DNA of 64,000 bases from NCBI GenBank assembly GCA_965203315.1, contig OZ241857.1, forward strand, positions 1,696,001 through 1,760,000, in the 5' to 3' direction. The translations under genes and the position numbers were made by a program. The notes beneath the pieces are model-generated. The model ran no database searches. It was not told where the DNA came from and saw nothing but the letters and a program-made list of their open reading frames with translations. Position 1 is the first letter of the stretch. Each line of letters begins with the position of its first letter. Shown here piece by piece: positions 30,992-41,522 of this stretch. Source of the stretch: Nitrosopumilus sp. GTDB lineage: Archaea > Thermoproteota > Nitrososphaeria > Nitrososphaerales > Nitrosopumilaceae.

Positions 30992-32017
30992 ATGATCTCG
31001 ATCGCAACTCTCGGCTCACATTGCTCACTCCAAGTTCTAAAAGGTGCCAAGGATGAAGGAGTCAAGACTATCCTTGTATGTGAGAAACGACGAGAGCGAC
31101 TCTATCGGAGATTTCCATTTATCGACGAGATGATACTAGTTGACTCTTTTGATGAGATACTCGATACTCGTTGCCAATCGATCTTGGAGAATAATGATGC
31201 TGTTCTAATCCCACATGGTACACTGATTGCTCAGATGAGTTCATCTGAGATCGAGTCAATCAAGACTCCGATCTTTGGTAATCGCTGGATACTTAGATGG
31301 GAGTCTGACCGCAAACTAAAGGAACAGCTCATGCGTGAAGCAGATCTTCCAGTCCCAACTCCTGTACACGATCCATCTACAATCTCTGATATGGTTATCG
31401 CAAAGCGACAAGGTGCTGCAGGCGGCAAAGGGTACTTTGTAGCAGCATCAAAGGAAGAGTATGATGAAAAACGTTCACAATTAATATCTGATGGTATAAT
31501 CTCTAAAGACGAATCGCTATATCTACAAGAGTATGTGGCAGGCGTACTTGCATATCTACAATTCTTCTACTCTCCACTATCTGATCAGGTCGAGTTTTTT
31601 GGTGCAGATCAGCGACACGAGTCTGATATTGAAGGACTGGGAAGAATACCAGCCAGACAACAGCTAGATCGTCAAAAAGTTCCTTCGTTTAATGTTATAG
31701 GGAATAGTCCACTAGTTCTAAGAGAGTCACTACTAGATCAAGCATATACGATGGGTGAGAACTTTGTTGCCGCTGCCAAAAGACTCGTTCCTCCTGGCAT
31801 GAATGGACCATTCTGTATAGAAGGCGTCTATGACGAGAATGCAAAATTTACTTCATTCGAGTTCTCTGCTAGAATAGTTGCCGGAACCAACATCTACATG
31901 ACTGGTTCGCCGTACTATACGATGTTGTTTGGTGAGAGTCTAAGCATGGGTCAAAGGATTGCACGTGAGATAAAGACCGCTTTTAATACTGGCAAACTTG
32001 ATCAGATAACCACATAG
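30992..32017 (+). CDS. purP: FAICAR synthase (formate-dependent, ATP-grasp)
   Basis: IATLGSHCSLQ, IPHG, GGKGYF, SARIVAGTN. Confidence 0.9.
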   Translation: MISIATLGSHCSLQVLKGAKDEGVKTILVCEKRRERLYRRFPFIDEMILVDSFDEILDTRCQSILENNDAVLIPHGTLIAQMSSSEIESIKTPIFGNRWILRWESDRKLKEQLMREADLPVPTPVHDPSTISDMVIAKRQGAAGGKGYFVAASKEEYDEKRSQLISDGIISKDESLYLQEYVAGVLAYLQFFYSPLSDQVEFFGADQRHESDIEGLGRIPARQQLDRQKVPSFNVIGNSPLVLRESLLDQAYTMGENFVAAAKRLVPPGMNGPFCIEGVYDENAKFTSFEFSARIVAGTNIYMTGSPYYTMLFGESLSMGQRIAREIKTAFNTGKLDQITT

Positions 32018-32022
32018 CTAGA

Positions 32023-32922
32023 TCATTTTAGTATCATCTTTGTGATCTTTGTTGCCGCCGCAAATGGATCCATCGACTTGGACTCGAGTCGTTTGATATA
32101 CTTTTCAAATGTTCCATTCTCCTCTAACTCATCTACTCGCTGGACAATATTGTATAGTATGATATCGCGCAACTCGGCTGCAAGGCGCGCGTTATTGTCC
32201 GACTCATGCTTTGACATCTTGTCCTTCAGCATCTTTGCAAACTCTGTTATGCCTGTGTCTCGCTTGACTGATGTTTTGAGTATTGGTGGTTTTTTGATCG
32301 AATCACCAATAAAGTCACGTACCGCGTCATACAGTCTCGTAGCTCCGCTCAGATCACTCTTGTTTATGATGTACATGTCACCGATCTCTGTCAGCCCAGC
32401 TTTGATTGCTTGAATACTGTCTCCTGTATTTGGATTGAATACGACTATTGTAATATCTGCAATACTAGATATCTCTACCTCTGTCTGACCGGCACCGACA
32501 CTCTCTATTATGATCGGATCAAATCCTGCATACTCTAACACTCGAATACTGTTTCGTAGTGATCTGGATACTGCACCTGTTGATCCACGTGATGCTATGC
32601 TTCTAATGTATGTTCCAGAGTCTGTCGACTCTGACATCCTTACACGATCTCCTAGTATCGCTCCACCTGTTATGTGACTAGTTGGATCTATTGCAAGCAC
32701 AGCTGGTTTCGTATCTAGCTTCTCTAACTCGATTGCTGTCTTGTTGATCAGCGAACTCTTTCCCGCACCAGCAGGTCCTGTTATGCCGATTATTGTAGCG
32801 TTGCCTGTATCTGCAAAGATCGATCTGATCAAAGATCGTGCTTCTTTACCATCATTCTCTATAATCGTAATAGCCTTTGCAATTGCGCCACGTTTACCTT
32901 TTTTGATATCGTCTATATCCAT
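32023..32922 (-). CDS. meaB: Methylmalonyl-CoA mutase-associated GTPase
   Basis: GITGPAGAGKSS, IDPTS..TGGAILGDRVRM, ESVGAGQ, NKSD. Confidence 0.93.
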   Translation of the reverse strand: MDIDDIKKGKRGAIAKAITIIENDGKEARSLIRSIFADTGNATIIGITGPAGAGKSSLINKTAIELEKLDTKPAVLAIDPTSHITGGAILGDRVRMSESTDSGTYIRSIASRGSTGAVSRSLRNSIRVLEYAGFDPIIIESVGAGQTEVEISSIADITIVVFNPNTGDSIQAIKAGLTEIGDMYIINKSDLSGATRLYDAVRDFIGDSIKKPPILKTSVKRDTGITEFAKMLKDKMSKHESDNNARLAAELRDIILYNIVQRVDELEENGTFEKYIKRLESKSMDPFAAATKITKMILK

Positions 32923-32960
32923 CACCTCGTTTTGTTTAGTGGTACAATAAAATCCTAAAC

Positions 32961-33344
32961 CTATCGGGGTCCATATATGAGCGATGGTGGTGTCTCTCCA
33001 GAAGAGTATATCTCTGTCTTTAGTTGTACATCGCCTAACTCTTGATGTGTTATCTCTAACACTATTGGATGTACGACCCATCCGTATTGTGGTTCTATGA
33101 TCTGTACCTCTTCAGTGAAACTATTGCCACTGTACGTTCGTCTAAACGTCTCCTTCATACCTAGAATCTCCATAGTTACAGATTGGGTCTGTTCTGAACG
33201 ATCAGAGAATGTTATGTTGACTTTACCATCATCGTACAAGGCATCTAACTCAAACGGATGCTCGACCGGTCTCTCAATAATCGTTCCTGCTATCACAGCG
33301 CCGCCCAATATGATAGTAGCTACGATTATGTGCACCTTGGCCAT
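32961..33344 (-). CDS. Exported hypothetical protein
   Basis: Signal/anchor helix after ATG at 33344. Confidence 0.55.
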   Translation of the reverse strand: MAKVHIIVATIILGGAVIAGTIIERPVEHPFELDALYDDGKVNITFSDRSEQTQSVTMEILGMKETFRRTYSGNSFTEEVQIIEPQYGWVVHPIVLEITHQELGDVQLKTEIYSSGETPPSLIYGPR

Positions 33345-33345
33345 A

Positions 33346-35826
33346 TCAGAATTCACGTTGCATTGATCTAAGAAACTTGGAATCGATTCGTATTCGTTCG
33401 AGCGTCTGAGATATAGTTCGTTGAGTTCCTGGTACTGGATTACGCTCAAAGAATGTCTGTATGTCCTGTTCCATCGTATCATCTGCAACATTAGATATGC
33501 TTGCAACTATGCGGTTTAGCAAGGGATTACCATGTCCTATCTTTTTGTGTAGTCTGTTCCAGTTCTTTACGAGCCACGGCCATACGATCTTCTTCCCGTA
33601 TGGATTCTCTGATATCTTGACTATGGGAAGATGCATATTTTGAGAACGAACTTTGGTCTGTGCAAAGTTTAGTGTCTTGTGTAGTAGTGCTGTACTCTGA
33701 AATCCACACAGTGCCCCCAAGAATCGTAGTTGCGATTCAACCGACTCGGCTGATTTATACATCTCTGTGATCTGATGATGTGTCTTTGCATTACCCTTCC
33801 ATGCGGCAATAGAGCAGATGGATTCTATGAGATCGGGCGAGATCGAGTTTGGAGATTCAATCAGTTTGGTGTATCTAGATTGTACCTCACGTATGACCTC
33901 GGGATGGTTCATTCTGCCTAGCGATGTTATTACAAAGGAACGTAGTAGTGCGTCGGTGTGTCTATCTTCCCTCTTCTTCTCCCACCCAACTCTCTTGAGT
34001 ATATTCTGAAGATAGTTGATGCCATATGCGCGTATCTGATCTACAAAAGGCTCATTGAATGCAATATTGTATAATGCAACCAAGTTTTGTCCTACATTTA
34101 TCGATACTAGATAGTCTGTCTCACCTACATATGCATCTGTAAAGTCTAGATAGTCTCTGACAGTCTCTCTTCTTGCCTTACATAGTGAGAATAGATCGTT
34201 TTGAATTGCCCATCTATCTATGGGTGTGATATCTCTTTTATCTACGAGCATCTTGAGATCGAGTAGAATGGACTTGTCGTATCTGATTCGATAGAAGCCA
34301 GTTCGTCCACTGTTTACGATTACATTTGCGTTCTTTGTTATCTTGATCTCGTTCGTATCTTTTACAAGTAGTTGTTTTGTTTTGCTACCTTGGACTGATA
34401 TTGGAATGTGCCACAGGCCCTTACCTTGTCTTGATTTATGTTCCAACAAGTATCGAGACTGTGATACGTTGATGCCATAATCTGTCTGCTTTACATCCAC
34501 TAGTGGAAAACCTGGCTGCTTCAACCATGTCTGTACCATACTAGATACAGGCATAGTAGACGCCTTGCTTATTGCATCCCAGAGGTCTTGACCTTGAGCA
34601 TTTTTGTATGCGAATTTTTTCAGATACTCTTTCAGGCCACGTCTAAAGTTAGCCTCACCAACATAATGCTCGATCATTCTCAAGATACAACCTCCTTTGT
34701 CGTACGATATCGCATCAAATATCTCTCTGATCTGAGATGGTGATCTCACATCAACGTCTATTGGATGTGTGGTTTTTAGAGCGTCTAGTTCCATGGCGGT
34801 ATTCATTGCGTCCTCTATGAACTGATCCCACATATCCCACTCTGGATAAAACTCTGCGACAAACTTTGTTGCCATGAATGTAGCAAAACTCTCGTTGAGC
34901 CACAAGTCATTCCACCATTTCATCGTAACAAGGTTTCCAAACCACTGGTGTGCAATCTCGTGTGAGATCACTTCGGCGATAAACTGTTTGGTTTTAGTGG
35001 ATGATGTCTTTGGATCGTATAACAGTATGGTTTCACGAAAGGTTATTGCTCCCCAATTCTCCATTGCTCCAGCTGCAAAGTCTGGCACTGCAATGAGATC
35101 CAGTTTGGGTAATGGATACTTTATTCCAAAATACTTTTCATACGCGTCTAGTAGCCTCTTTCCTAGGTCTAGCGCAAATCTACCTTTGGATTTTGATCCC
35201 TTTATTGTAACTACTCGTACCTCAACATCTCTTATCTTACTCTTCAAATACTCAAACTCACCAACTCCTAGATATACGAGATATGTTGACATTAGTGGCG
35301 TCTTTGCAAACTTGTAAGTCGTTCTCTGACTCTTACTCGTCTTTGATACTATTGGCATGTTTGATATTGCAGTGTGGCCTTGCTTGACAACCAATCTTAT
35401 CTCAAAGGTGGCTTTTGCATCTGGTCGATCCCAGCACGGGAATGCACGTCTAGCATCAGCTGCTTCAAACTGACTAGTTGCCAGATACTTTGTCTTGCCA
35501 TCTTGTATGTACTCACTACGATAAAAACCCAAAAGTCTATCGTTTAGAGTGCCGTTGAACTCTAGGTGAATCGTGCATGTGTCCTGAATCGAGTTTGATA
35601 GTTTGATGTGTAACTCTTCACTCTCTTCATTTATGTCAAATTTACACGGAATCTCTGTATCCTGATCTAGTACTGTACATGATAGTATCTCTAACTCTGC
35701 ACAGTCTAGTTTGATGGATCTAGTGGGTTTGGTACATTGTACCGTTATGATCTCTTTGCCAGAGAACACGAATCGTTCTAGATCTGGCTCAAAGATGAGA
35801 TCATAATTTGTTGGATATACTGACAC
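33346..35826 (-). CDS. M1-family aminopeptidase
   Basis: GAMEN, HEIAH-x18-E, FDAISYDKG. Confidence 0.95.
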   Translation of the reverse strand: MSVYPTNYDLIFEPDLERFVFSGKEIITVQCTKPTRSIKLDCAELEILSCTVLDQDTEIPCKFDINEESEELHIKLSNSIQDTCTIHLEFNGTLNDRLLGFYRSEYIQDGKTKYLATSQFEAADARRAFPCWDRPDAKATFEIRLVVKQGHTAISNMPIVSKTSKSQRTTYKFAKTPLMSTYLVYLGVGEFEYLKSKIRDVEVRVVTIKGSKSKGRFALDLGKRLLDAYEKYFGIKYPLPKLDLIAVPDFAAGAMENWGAITFRETILLYDPKTSSTKTKQFIAEVISHEIAHQWFGNLVTMKWWNDLWLNESFATFMATKFVAEFYPEWDMWDQFIEDAMNTAMELDALKTTHPIDVDVRSPSQIREIFDAISYDKGGCILRMIEHYVGEANFRRGLKEYLKKFAYKNAQGQDLWDAISKASTMPVSSMVQTWLKQPGFPLVDVKQTDYGINVSQSRYLLEHKSRQGKGLWHIPISVQGSKTKQLLVKDTNEIKITKNANVIVNSGRTGFYRIRYDKSILLDLKMLVDKRDITPIDRWAIQNDLFSLCKARRETVRDYLDFTDAYVGETDYLVSINVGQNLVALYNIAFNEPFVDQIRAYGINYLQNILKRVGWEKKREDRHTDALLRSFVITSLGRMNHPEVIREVQSRYTKLIESPNSISPDLIESICSIAAWKGNAKTHHQITEMYKSAESVESQLRFLGALCGFQSTALLHKTLNFAQTKVRSQNMHLPIVKISENPYGKKIVWPWLVKNWNRLHKKIGHGNPLLNRIVASISNVADDTMEQDIQTFFERNPVPGTQRTISQTLERIRIDSKFLRSMQREF

Positions 35827-36094
35827 ACCAACTCTTGTGTGTCATCTTTTAATAGTATTCTGTATGCAGCATACGGCATACAATACACAATACACAATAT
35901 GCTGTATGTAGACACTGCATTGAGAATCAGACGTACGCAAATCTTCATGCCACTGATATAGCATCTGACATTGTGCCATCGTACACATGATCTCAGATTC
36001 TATTGAGGTTTGAATGGTTTACAAGTTCATACTCTATCGGTCAAAATGCAACTAGAGATAAAGGCTTTTAAAATAATATTGCTATTGTTTAATT

Positions 36095-36517
36095 GTGAGA
36101 CAGAAAGTAAAGTCACGAAGTGTAAAGATTCTTGTTGCAAAACTTGGTCTAGATGGTCACGATCGAGGTGCCCTAGTACTGTGTCGTGCATTTCGTGATG
36201 CAGGGATGGAGGTAATCTATTCTGGTCTCTTTGCGACGCCTGAGCGTGTAGCTCAGATTGCTCAAGATGAGGATGCTGATGCTGTGGCTATGAGTCTATT
36301 GAACGGTGCACACATGACACTATTTCCAAGAGTAGTAAAAGAATTGAAGAAGAAAGGTCTGGATGATGTTTTAGTTGTTGGTGGTGGCGTAATCCCGGAG
36401 ATCGATCACAATCGGCTGATAAAGTCTGGAGTCGATCACGTCTTTGGACCAGGTACGCCGCTAGACACTATAATAGAACACATAAACACTGGCGTATCTA
36501 AACTACGAAAACTCTAG
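36095..36517 (+). CDS. Methylmalonyl-CoA mutase B12-binding small subunit
   Basis: KLGLDGHDRG and GGGVIP motifs. Confidence 0.92.
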   Translation: MRQKVKSRSVKILVAKLGLDGHDRGALVLCRAFRDAGMEVIYSGLFATPERVAQIAQDEDADAVAMSLLNGAHMTLFPRVVKELKKKGLDDVLVVGGGVIPEIDHNRLIKSGVDHVFGPGTPLDTIIEHINTGVSKLRKL

Positions 36518-36737
36518 ATCTGGTTCTCTCAATCTGTCTGGGTTTGACAACCTTTGTAAATTCTTGAAAATTCTCCTCTGTACCAACGTAAGTGTATTCT
36601 AACATAATCTACTTGATCATTTGATTCACAATTCATGTTTTGTGGATTTGCCATTGTGGGATTTCAAATCACAAGTTGAGAGAACCAAAACTGGACAATG
36701 AACTTGAGGGCTCATCAGTGTCTGAACACGACAAGAG

Positions 36738-36911
36738 GGTTCTGTTCAATTGACGGGGTTGAGATCATGATGACGTTATCTCAGAACGCACAATATGTGA
36801 CTCAAAACAGCAGCAATTTACGATAGCCGATATGAGACCGTTTCCATATTTTGCAAAATTTTTCGAGAATTTTGTGCAGAAAATGTCAACTCCCGTCAAT
36901 TGAACAGAACC
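36738..36911 (+). mobile_element. MITE family B (174 bp, 20-bp perfect TIR GGTTCTGTTCAATTGACGGG)
   Basis: TIRs read directly; no ORF of note inside; no TSD seen. Confidence 0.85.
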
Positions 36912-37010
36912 GTAATCAATTACAGTACCCACAAATGTTTGATATTATTTTACAATTGGATCACGAGTTGGCAGTACCACATGTTGCATGGAATGAATTA
37001 AAGGATCTCA
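36912..37010 (+). pseudogene. Fragment of PIN-like toxin gene, paralog of the gene at 58938
   Basis: NQLQYPQMFDIILQLDHELAVPHVAWNELKD vs NQFQYPQAFDVILQLGHELAVPSFVWEELKD. Confidence 0.8.
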
Positions 37011-37047
37011 CAAAAATTATATGTTGTAGAAAAATATAAAAATTAGA

Positions 37048-37980
37048 GTGAAAAGACAAGGAAATAGTTTGAATAAACAAACAAAGTTATCTGGTGGTAG
37101 ATCCAGAAAGACTTCTCTGCGAACTTCACGTGGGATTTGGGTGAGGGAGGAACCAAAACGACCGCGTGGTAGACCTAAAAAAACTACAACAGCTGAAACC
37201 ACAAAACGACCGCGTGGTAGACCTAAAAAAACTACAACAGCTGAAACCACAAAACGACCGCGTGGTAGACCTAAAAAAACTACAACAGCTGAAACCACAA
37301 AACGACCCAACAGACCTTCTAAACGAACTTCACGTGGGATTTGGGTGTACACAGGACCAAAGAAAGTCGTATCCGTGCCTGGTAAGACATCTGTTTATCC
37401 ATTTAAAGAACCAATGAGGCAGAAAAAAGAGAGCGATGAAGAAAATTCAAAAACTCGATCTGGAACACGCTCAAAACCACCGGCAACACTTGATCCACCT
37501 AAATCAAACAAAATAAACACTATTGAGCTAAACAAAACGCTAAAACAAATAGACAAAGAGGTAGCAAAGGTGTTAGACTATTATGTGGTAGATATATCTA
37601 AAAAAGAGATAGCGTCTATTACAGACTATTTGATGTCCAAGATCAAAGATATCGTGACAGAAAATATGAAGTCTAACCAAAAAATCGTCTATAGAAAATT
37701 CTCTAAACAAGTGGAGAATAAAGTTATTGGAGCACTTCAAAATGTTAAATTCATCAGGTATGTGTGTTACGATAACAATTCACGTGGGGATCGTATGAAA
37801 TTAATTGTTCTACATGATCATAAGAATAACTCTACTGCATTTGATGTAGTTTATGGTATAGTTGATAATTTAAATTACTATTTTAGTCGATTACGTATAG
37901 CTGTAGATACGATTTCTATATCTGACATTGACGATATTACTAAATTTTTAAAACAAACAACAATCTTGATTGCAAAATAA
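37048..37980 (+). CDS. AT-hook repeat protein with uncharacterised C-terminal domain
   Basis: Three KRPRGRPKK AT-hook motifs. Confidence 0.75.
   Translation: MKRQGNSLNKQTKLSGGRSRKTSLRTSRGIWVREEPKRPRGRPKKTTTAETTKRPRGRPKKTTTAETTKRPRGRPKKTTTAETTKRPNRPSKRTSRGIWVYTGPKKVVSVPGKTSVYPFKEPMRQKKESDEENSKTRSGTRSKPPATLDPPKSNKINTIELNKTLKQIDKEVAKVLDYYVVDISKKEIASITDYLMSKIKDIVTENMKSNQKIVYRKFSKQVENKVIGALQNVKFIRYVCYDNNSRGDRMKLIVLHDHKNNSTAFDVVYGIVDNLNYYFSRLRIAVDTISISDIDDITKFLKQTTILIAK
37156..37307 (+). repeat. 48-bp coding tandem repeat x3 plus partial (KRPRGRPKKTTTAETT)
   Basis: Identical units at 37156, 37204 and 37252. Confidence 0.95.
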
Positions 37981-38102
37981 TCTGATATTATAAGATGCAG
38001 GATATCCGTTTATCAAAATATGCGTCAACTATGCAAATTAGAAAGATCTATAAATAAGTTCTAAAATGAGAAATCAATGAGTAAAAGAGTTAAGAGCAGA
38101 AT

Positions 38103-38222
38103 GGCTCTCTTCGGTTTATGTGGGATGTGAGCGGTTACAGAAAAATCACTACAATATTCTATAAATGAAAATTATGGAAAAAGCCTTATGAACTTCTGCC
38201 CCCACATAAATCAAAGAGATCC
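38103..38222 (+). mobile_element. MITE family A copy
   Basis: TIRs GGCTCTCTTCGGTTTATGTGGG / CCCACATAAATCAAAGAGATCC; interior aligns with 4737-4851. Confidence 0.85.
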
Positions 38223-38491
38223 GAACCGTTAGTCTTTACAACATTTACAAGTAATATTTCTGTTTGACACTGATTCAATGTATCTTATTGTCATCTAGTC
38301 ATCAACGATCTTTGCTAGTGATCATAAATCCATAGATCCTTGAATGCATATGCCCCATATTATGTTGGGAGTCGAGCATCCACAATCGTCACACATTAAA
38401 TCGTTTATTGAGCCGGAGCCGCCGTCAAAAGAAGATGTATTAGCCTCTGCTAAAATAGACATTTGGATAAACTGTAAGAGAATTCTAGATC

Positions 38492-39493
38492 TTATTCTGT
38501 CGAGTCAGGCCACATCATCTTGCGCATCTCTTTGCCTGTCTTTTCTATCAAATGTTCATCATACTTGCGTATATGTTTGTCAAACGAGTCACGGCCACTC
38601 TCTTTGTATTGTCTGATCCACTCGTCGTTAAACGTACCGTCTTGAATCATGTCTAGGACTTTTTTCATATTTGCTTTTGTATTGGCGTCTATCACCATCG
38701 GTCCTCGAGTCAGGCCACCATACCTTGCAGTCTCACTAACACGTCTCCACATTCCGTTGATTCCGTACCGTTGAATCATATCGACAATCAGTTTTAGTTC
38801 GTGCAAGACTTCAAAATACGCAATCTCTGGTTGATATCCAGCTTCGACCAAAGTCTCAAATGCATTTGTGATCATAGACGCAGCACCTCCACATAGATCT
38901 GCTTGTTCGCCAAACCAATCTGTCTCTACTTCTTCTTTGAATGTTGTTTGGATAAGTCCTGCACGTGCACTACCTATGCCCTTGGCAATCCCCAACGTTC
39001 TATCCCATGCCTTTCCTGTATAGTCTCGTTCTACTGCAACGATCGATGGAGTTCCAAAGCCTTCTAGATATGTCTCTCTTACTTTGGAGCCGGGTCCTTT
39101 CGGCGCAACCATTATCAGATCTACATTCTCTGGTGGTGTTATCCACTTCCAATGGATTGCTGCTGCATGTGAAAAGGATAATGCCTTACCTTCAGATAAC
39201 GATGACATGATCTCAGTCTTGTATATATGACCTTGAATCATATCTGGAATCAGAATGTGGATTATATCAGCTTGCTTTGTTGCTGCTGCTACCGACATTA
39301 CCTTGTGACCATCAGACTCTGCTTTTGTCCAACTGTTTCCTCTCTTTAGACCAACAACTACATCTAGACCAGAGTCTTTGAGATTGTTCGCTTGGGCATC
39401 ACCTTGAATCCCATACCCTATAACCGCAATCGTTTGATCCTTTATTGGGTCGAGGCTGATATCTGCATCCTTCCACGTCTTTGCCAATAACAT
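38492..39493 (-). CDS. ilvC: Ketol-acid reductoisomerase
   Basis: IGYGIQG, VAPKGPG, EE.ETD.FGEQ..LCGG, AYFEVLHE. Confidence 0.96.
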   Translation of the reverse strand: MLLAKTWKDADISLDPIKDQTIAVIGYGIQGDAQANNLKDSGLDVVVGLKRGNSWTKAESDGHKVMSVAAATKQADIIHILIPDMIQGHIYKTEIMSSLSEGKALSFSHAAAIHWKWITPPENVDLIMVAPKGPGSKVRETYLEGFGTPSIVAVERDYTGKAWDRTLGIAKGIGSARAGLIQTTFKEEVETDWFGEQADLCGGAASMITNAFETLVEAGYQPEIAYFEVLHELKLIVDMIQRYGINGMWRRVSETARYGGLTRGPMVIDANTKANMKKVLDMIQDGTFNDEWIRQYKESGRDSFDKHIRKYDEHLIEKTGKEMRKMMWPDSTE

Positions 39494-39700
39494 GTTCGTC
39501 AAATGCCACAAATATTAATCATCTAGATCTCAATGACTCTACCACAAGATCTACATTTTACTGTGATCTGTTTGGCATCACAAAACGCTTTGAGCCACAC
39601 TCTGGGCATATGGGACAAGCTCGAACTGGTTTCATTATTGTGTGATTGATTTATAGTGATTTAGAGATTGTCTATAAAGCACACAATAATTATGTGGCAA

Positions 39701-40204
39701 CTAAAAATCTATACCTCTCTTTGCTTTAATGTTCTGTCGAAACGGATGCTTGATCTCTTTCATCTCTGTCACTAGATCTGCTCTCTCTATGAATCTCTCT
39801 TTTAGCATGGTTTCCAGTTAGAATGAGATCCATCTCTTCAGGCTTCGTATCTATTATGCGTAATACATCTCTTACTGTAATCAACTCTAAATTTACTGCA
39901 TAGTTTATCTCATCTAAAATTACAATGTCGTACTTGCCAGATTGAATCTTTTCATTACTGATCCTAACTGCCTCTTTTGCCATGTTTATGTGATCTTGTT
40001 TTGGACTGGTATCGTCGATTATCCCTACAAATCCTTTGCCTGCCGCAACCATCTCAAATTCTGGTTCCAGTCTCATGATCCTTTAATGAATTGAATCATA
40101 CATACTCTTTTTTTATGTCCCACAGCTCTCAATACAATTCCTAACGCAGCTGTAGTCTTGCCTTTGCCCCCTCCTGTATACACTATGGTCAAGCCTCTGC
40201 TCAT
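39701..40204 (-). pseudogene. cobO: Cob(I)yrinic acid a,c-diamide adenosyltransferase (CobO/BtuR), disrupted twice
   Basis: [15 protein letters not shown]...QFIKGS then stop at ~40075; ILDEIN, LILTG; extra base at ~39792 before ADLVTEMKEIKHPF...GIDF*. Confidence 0.88.
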
Positions 40205-40329
40205 ACATCTGCTAACGATCATACTTGCTAAAAACATTGAGGTGGTAATCTATGTGCTATACACTCTTAGATTATGTTATATTGATGTGGGTTGGTATTT
40301 TTTTGTACAAAACTCTCAAAATTTTATAC

Positions 40330-40462
40330 ATTGTCATCTTTAGTTCACTCCACACAAAATGAGGTATTGCCAACTCGTGACCTAGTAAAATGATATCAAA
40401 TGTTTGTGGGGTATTGGAATTGAAATATCACAATCAATGGAGATTGAGTCAAATATCTTCAA
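40330..40462 (-). pseudogene. Degraded PIN-like toxin gene, paralog of the gene at 58938
   Basis: TTG AAG ATA TTT GAC start overlapping the upstream stop; sequence resembles 58938-59070 with several indels. Confidence 0.7.
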
Positions 40463-41217
40463 TTCCCAAAACAAAGTAATCCTCTCTTAGCTAACTCATC
40501 CATTATCAAATGCTTGGGCATTCCAAGTAATTCTCCGGCTCTACCAAAACTGAACTTTTCCTTTACATGCATCGCAATTATGTGCTCCTTGATATCTGGT
40601 TTGAGTTTTTCATATGTTTTAGAACCTTTGGCCATCTCTGGATATTTGCAGTATATGTAAGATAATGCCTCTGGAATAGTTACGTCATTCATAATATCTT
40701 TATAGTTATGAAATACCCAGGGCATCTTTATGTCAAGCACATCTTGAAATTCTGGGAATCCTCCTTTCTCTTCTCCAATGACTCTGGCATACTCTACACC
40801 GTGTTTGGTCAATTGAATGGTGTTGTCTATCTCTTGTATCGGTCCCATTTGTGCGAGACGTTCCAAAGTATTCTCTAGAACAATACTAGACTGTATGCGT
40901 ATTTCTTACATCATATGCACATTTTAACGTACAATAAAACACATGTGTACTTTCTAGAGGCAAATTGATTCATTGTTGTCGTGTTTGATGATTGAACATG
41001 GGCACTCTTAATAATACGCATACAGTCTACTGTATGGACCATCATCTTTTATTGTAAAGTCACACCACTCTCTTATCTCAGGATAGGGATCGCCTAATAC
41101 GTACGTCAATAACTGTAGTTTCTGCCTGCCGTAGATTGGCTCATCATCCACATATACTAGTAGGAGAATATACTTTTCTAGTTCGCTAATCTCTGACACT
41201 GCAGTATCTATTGCCAT
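40459..41217 (-). pseudogene. wHTH/UPF0175-like antitoxin paralog split by a MITE
   Basis: Both halves align to 58327-58941; removing 40888-41028 and one ACT restores GPYSIVLENTLER in frame. Confidence 0.9.
40888..41028. mobile_element. MITE family D (141 bp, 16-bp perfect TIR AGACTGTATGCGTATT, 3-bp TSD ACT)
   Basis: TIRs and TSD (40885-40887, 41029-41031) read directly. Confidence 0.92.
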
Positions 41218-41294
41218 GTGTCTATTCTATCATACGTATGATAAAAACATCCCTCTGCTGGTGTCTAGAATTCTCTGAGATGTACATACGTCTT

Positions 41295-41451
41295 GGCTCT
41301 TTGCAACATGCGGATGCTAAAACGTCATAACAAAACTAGAAAATTTATACTTGAACGTCAAAAATTTACAATATTCAACACATACTAGACAACGTTACTA
41401 TACAATTTGAGAATTATGTGCATTGTTATCTTTTACATATTGCAAAGAGCC
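41295..41451. mobile_element. MITE family C (157 bp, TIR GGCTCTTTGCAA(C/T)ATG)
   Basis: 15/16-bp terminal inverted repeat; non-coding interior. Confidence 0.75.
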
Positions 41452-41522
41452 GTTTTATGTTTACTGGTCAAACATATCTTGATGCGACAAGTTAAATTAA
41501 AAATGATATTAGGATATACAGA

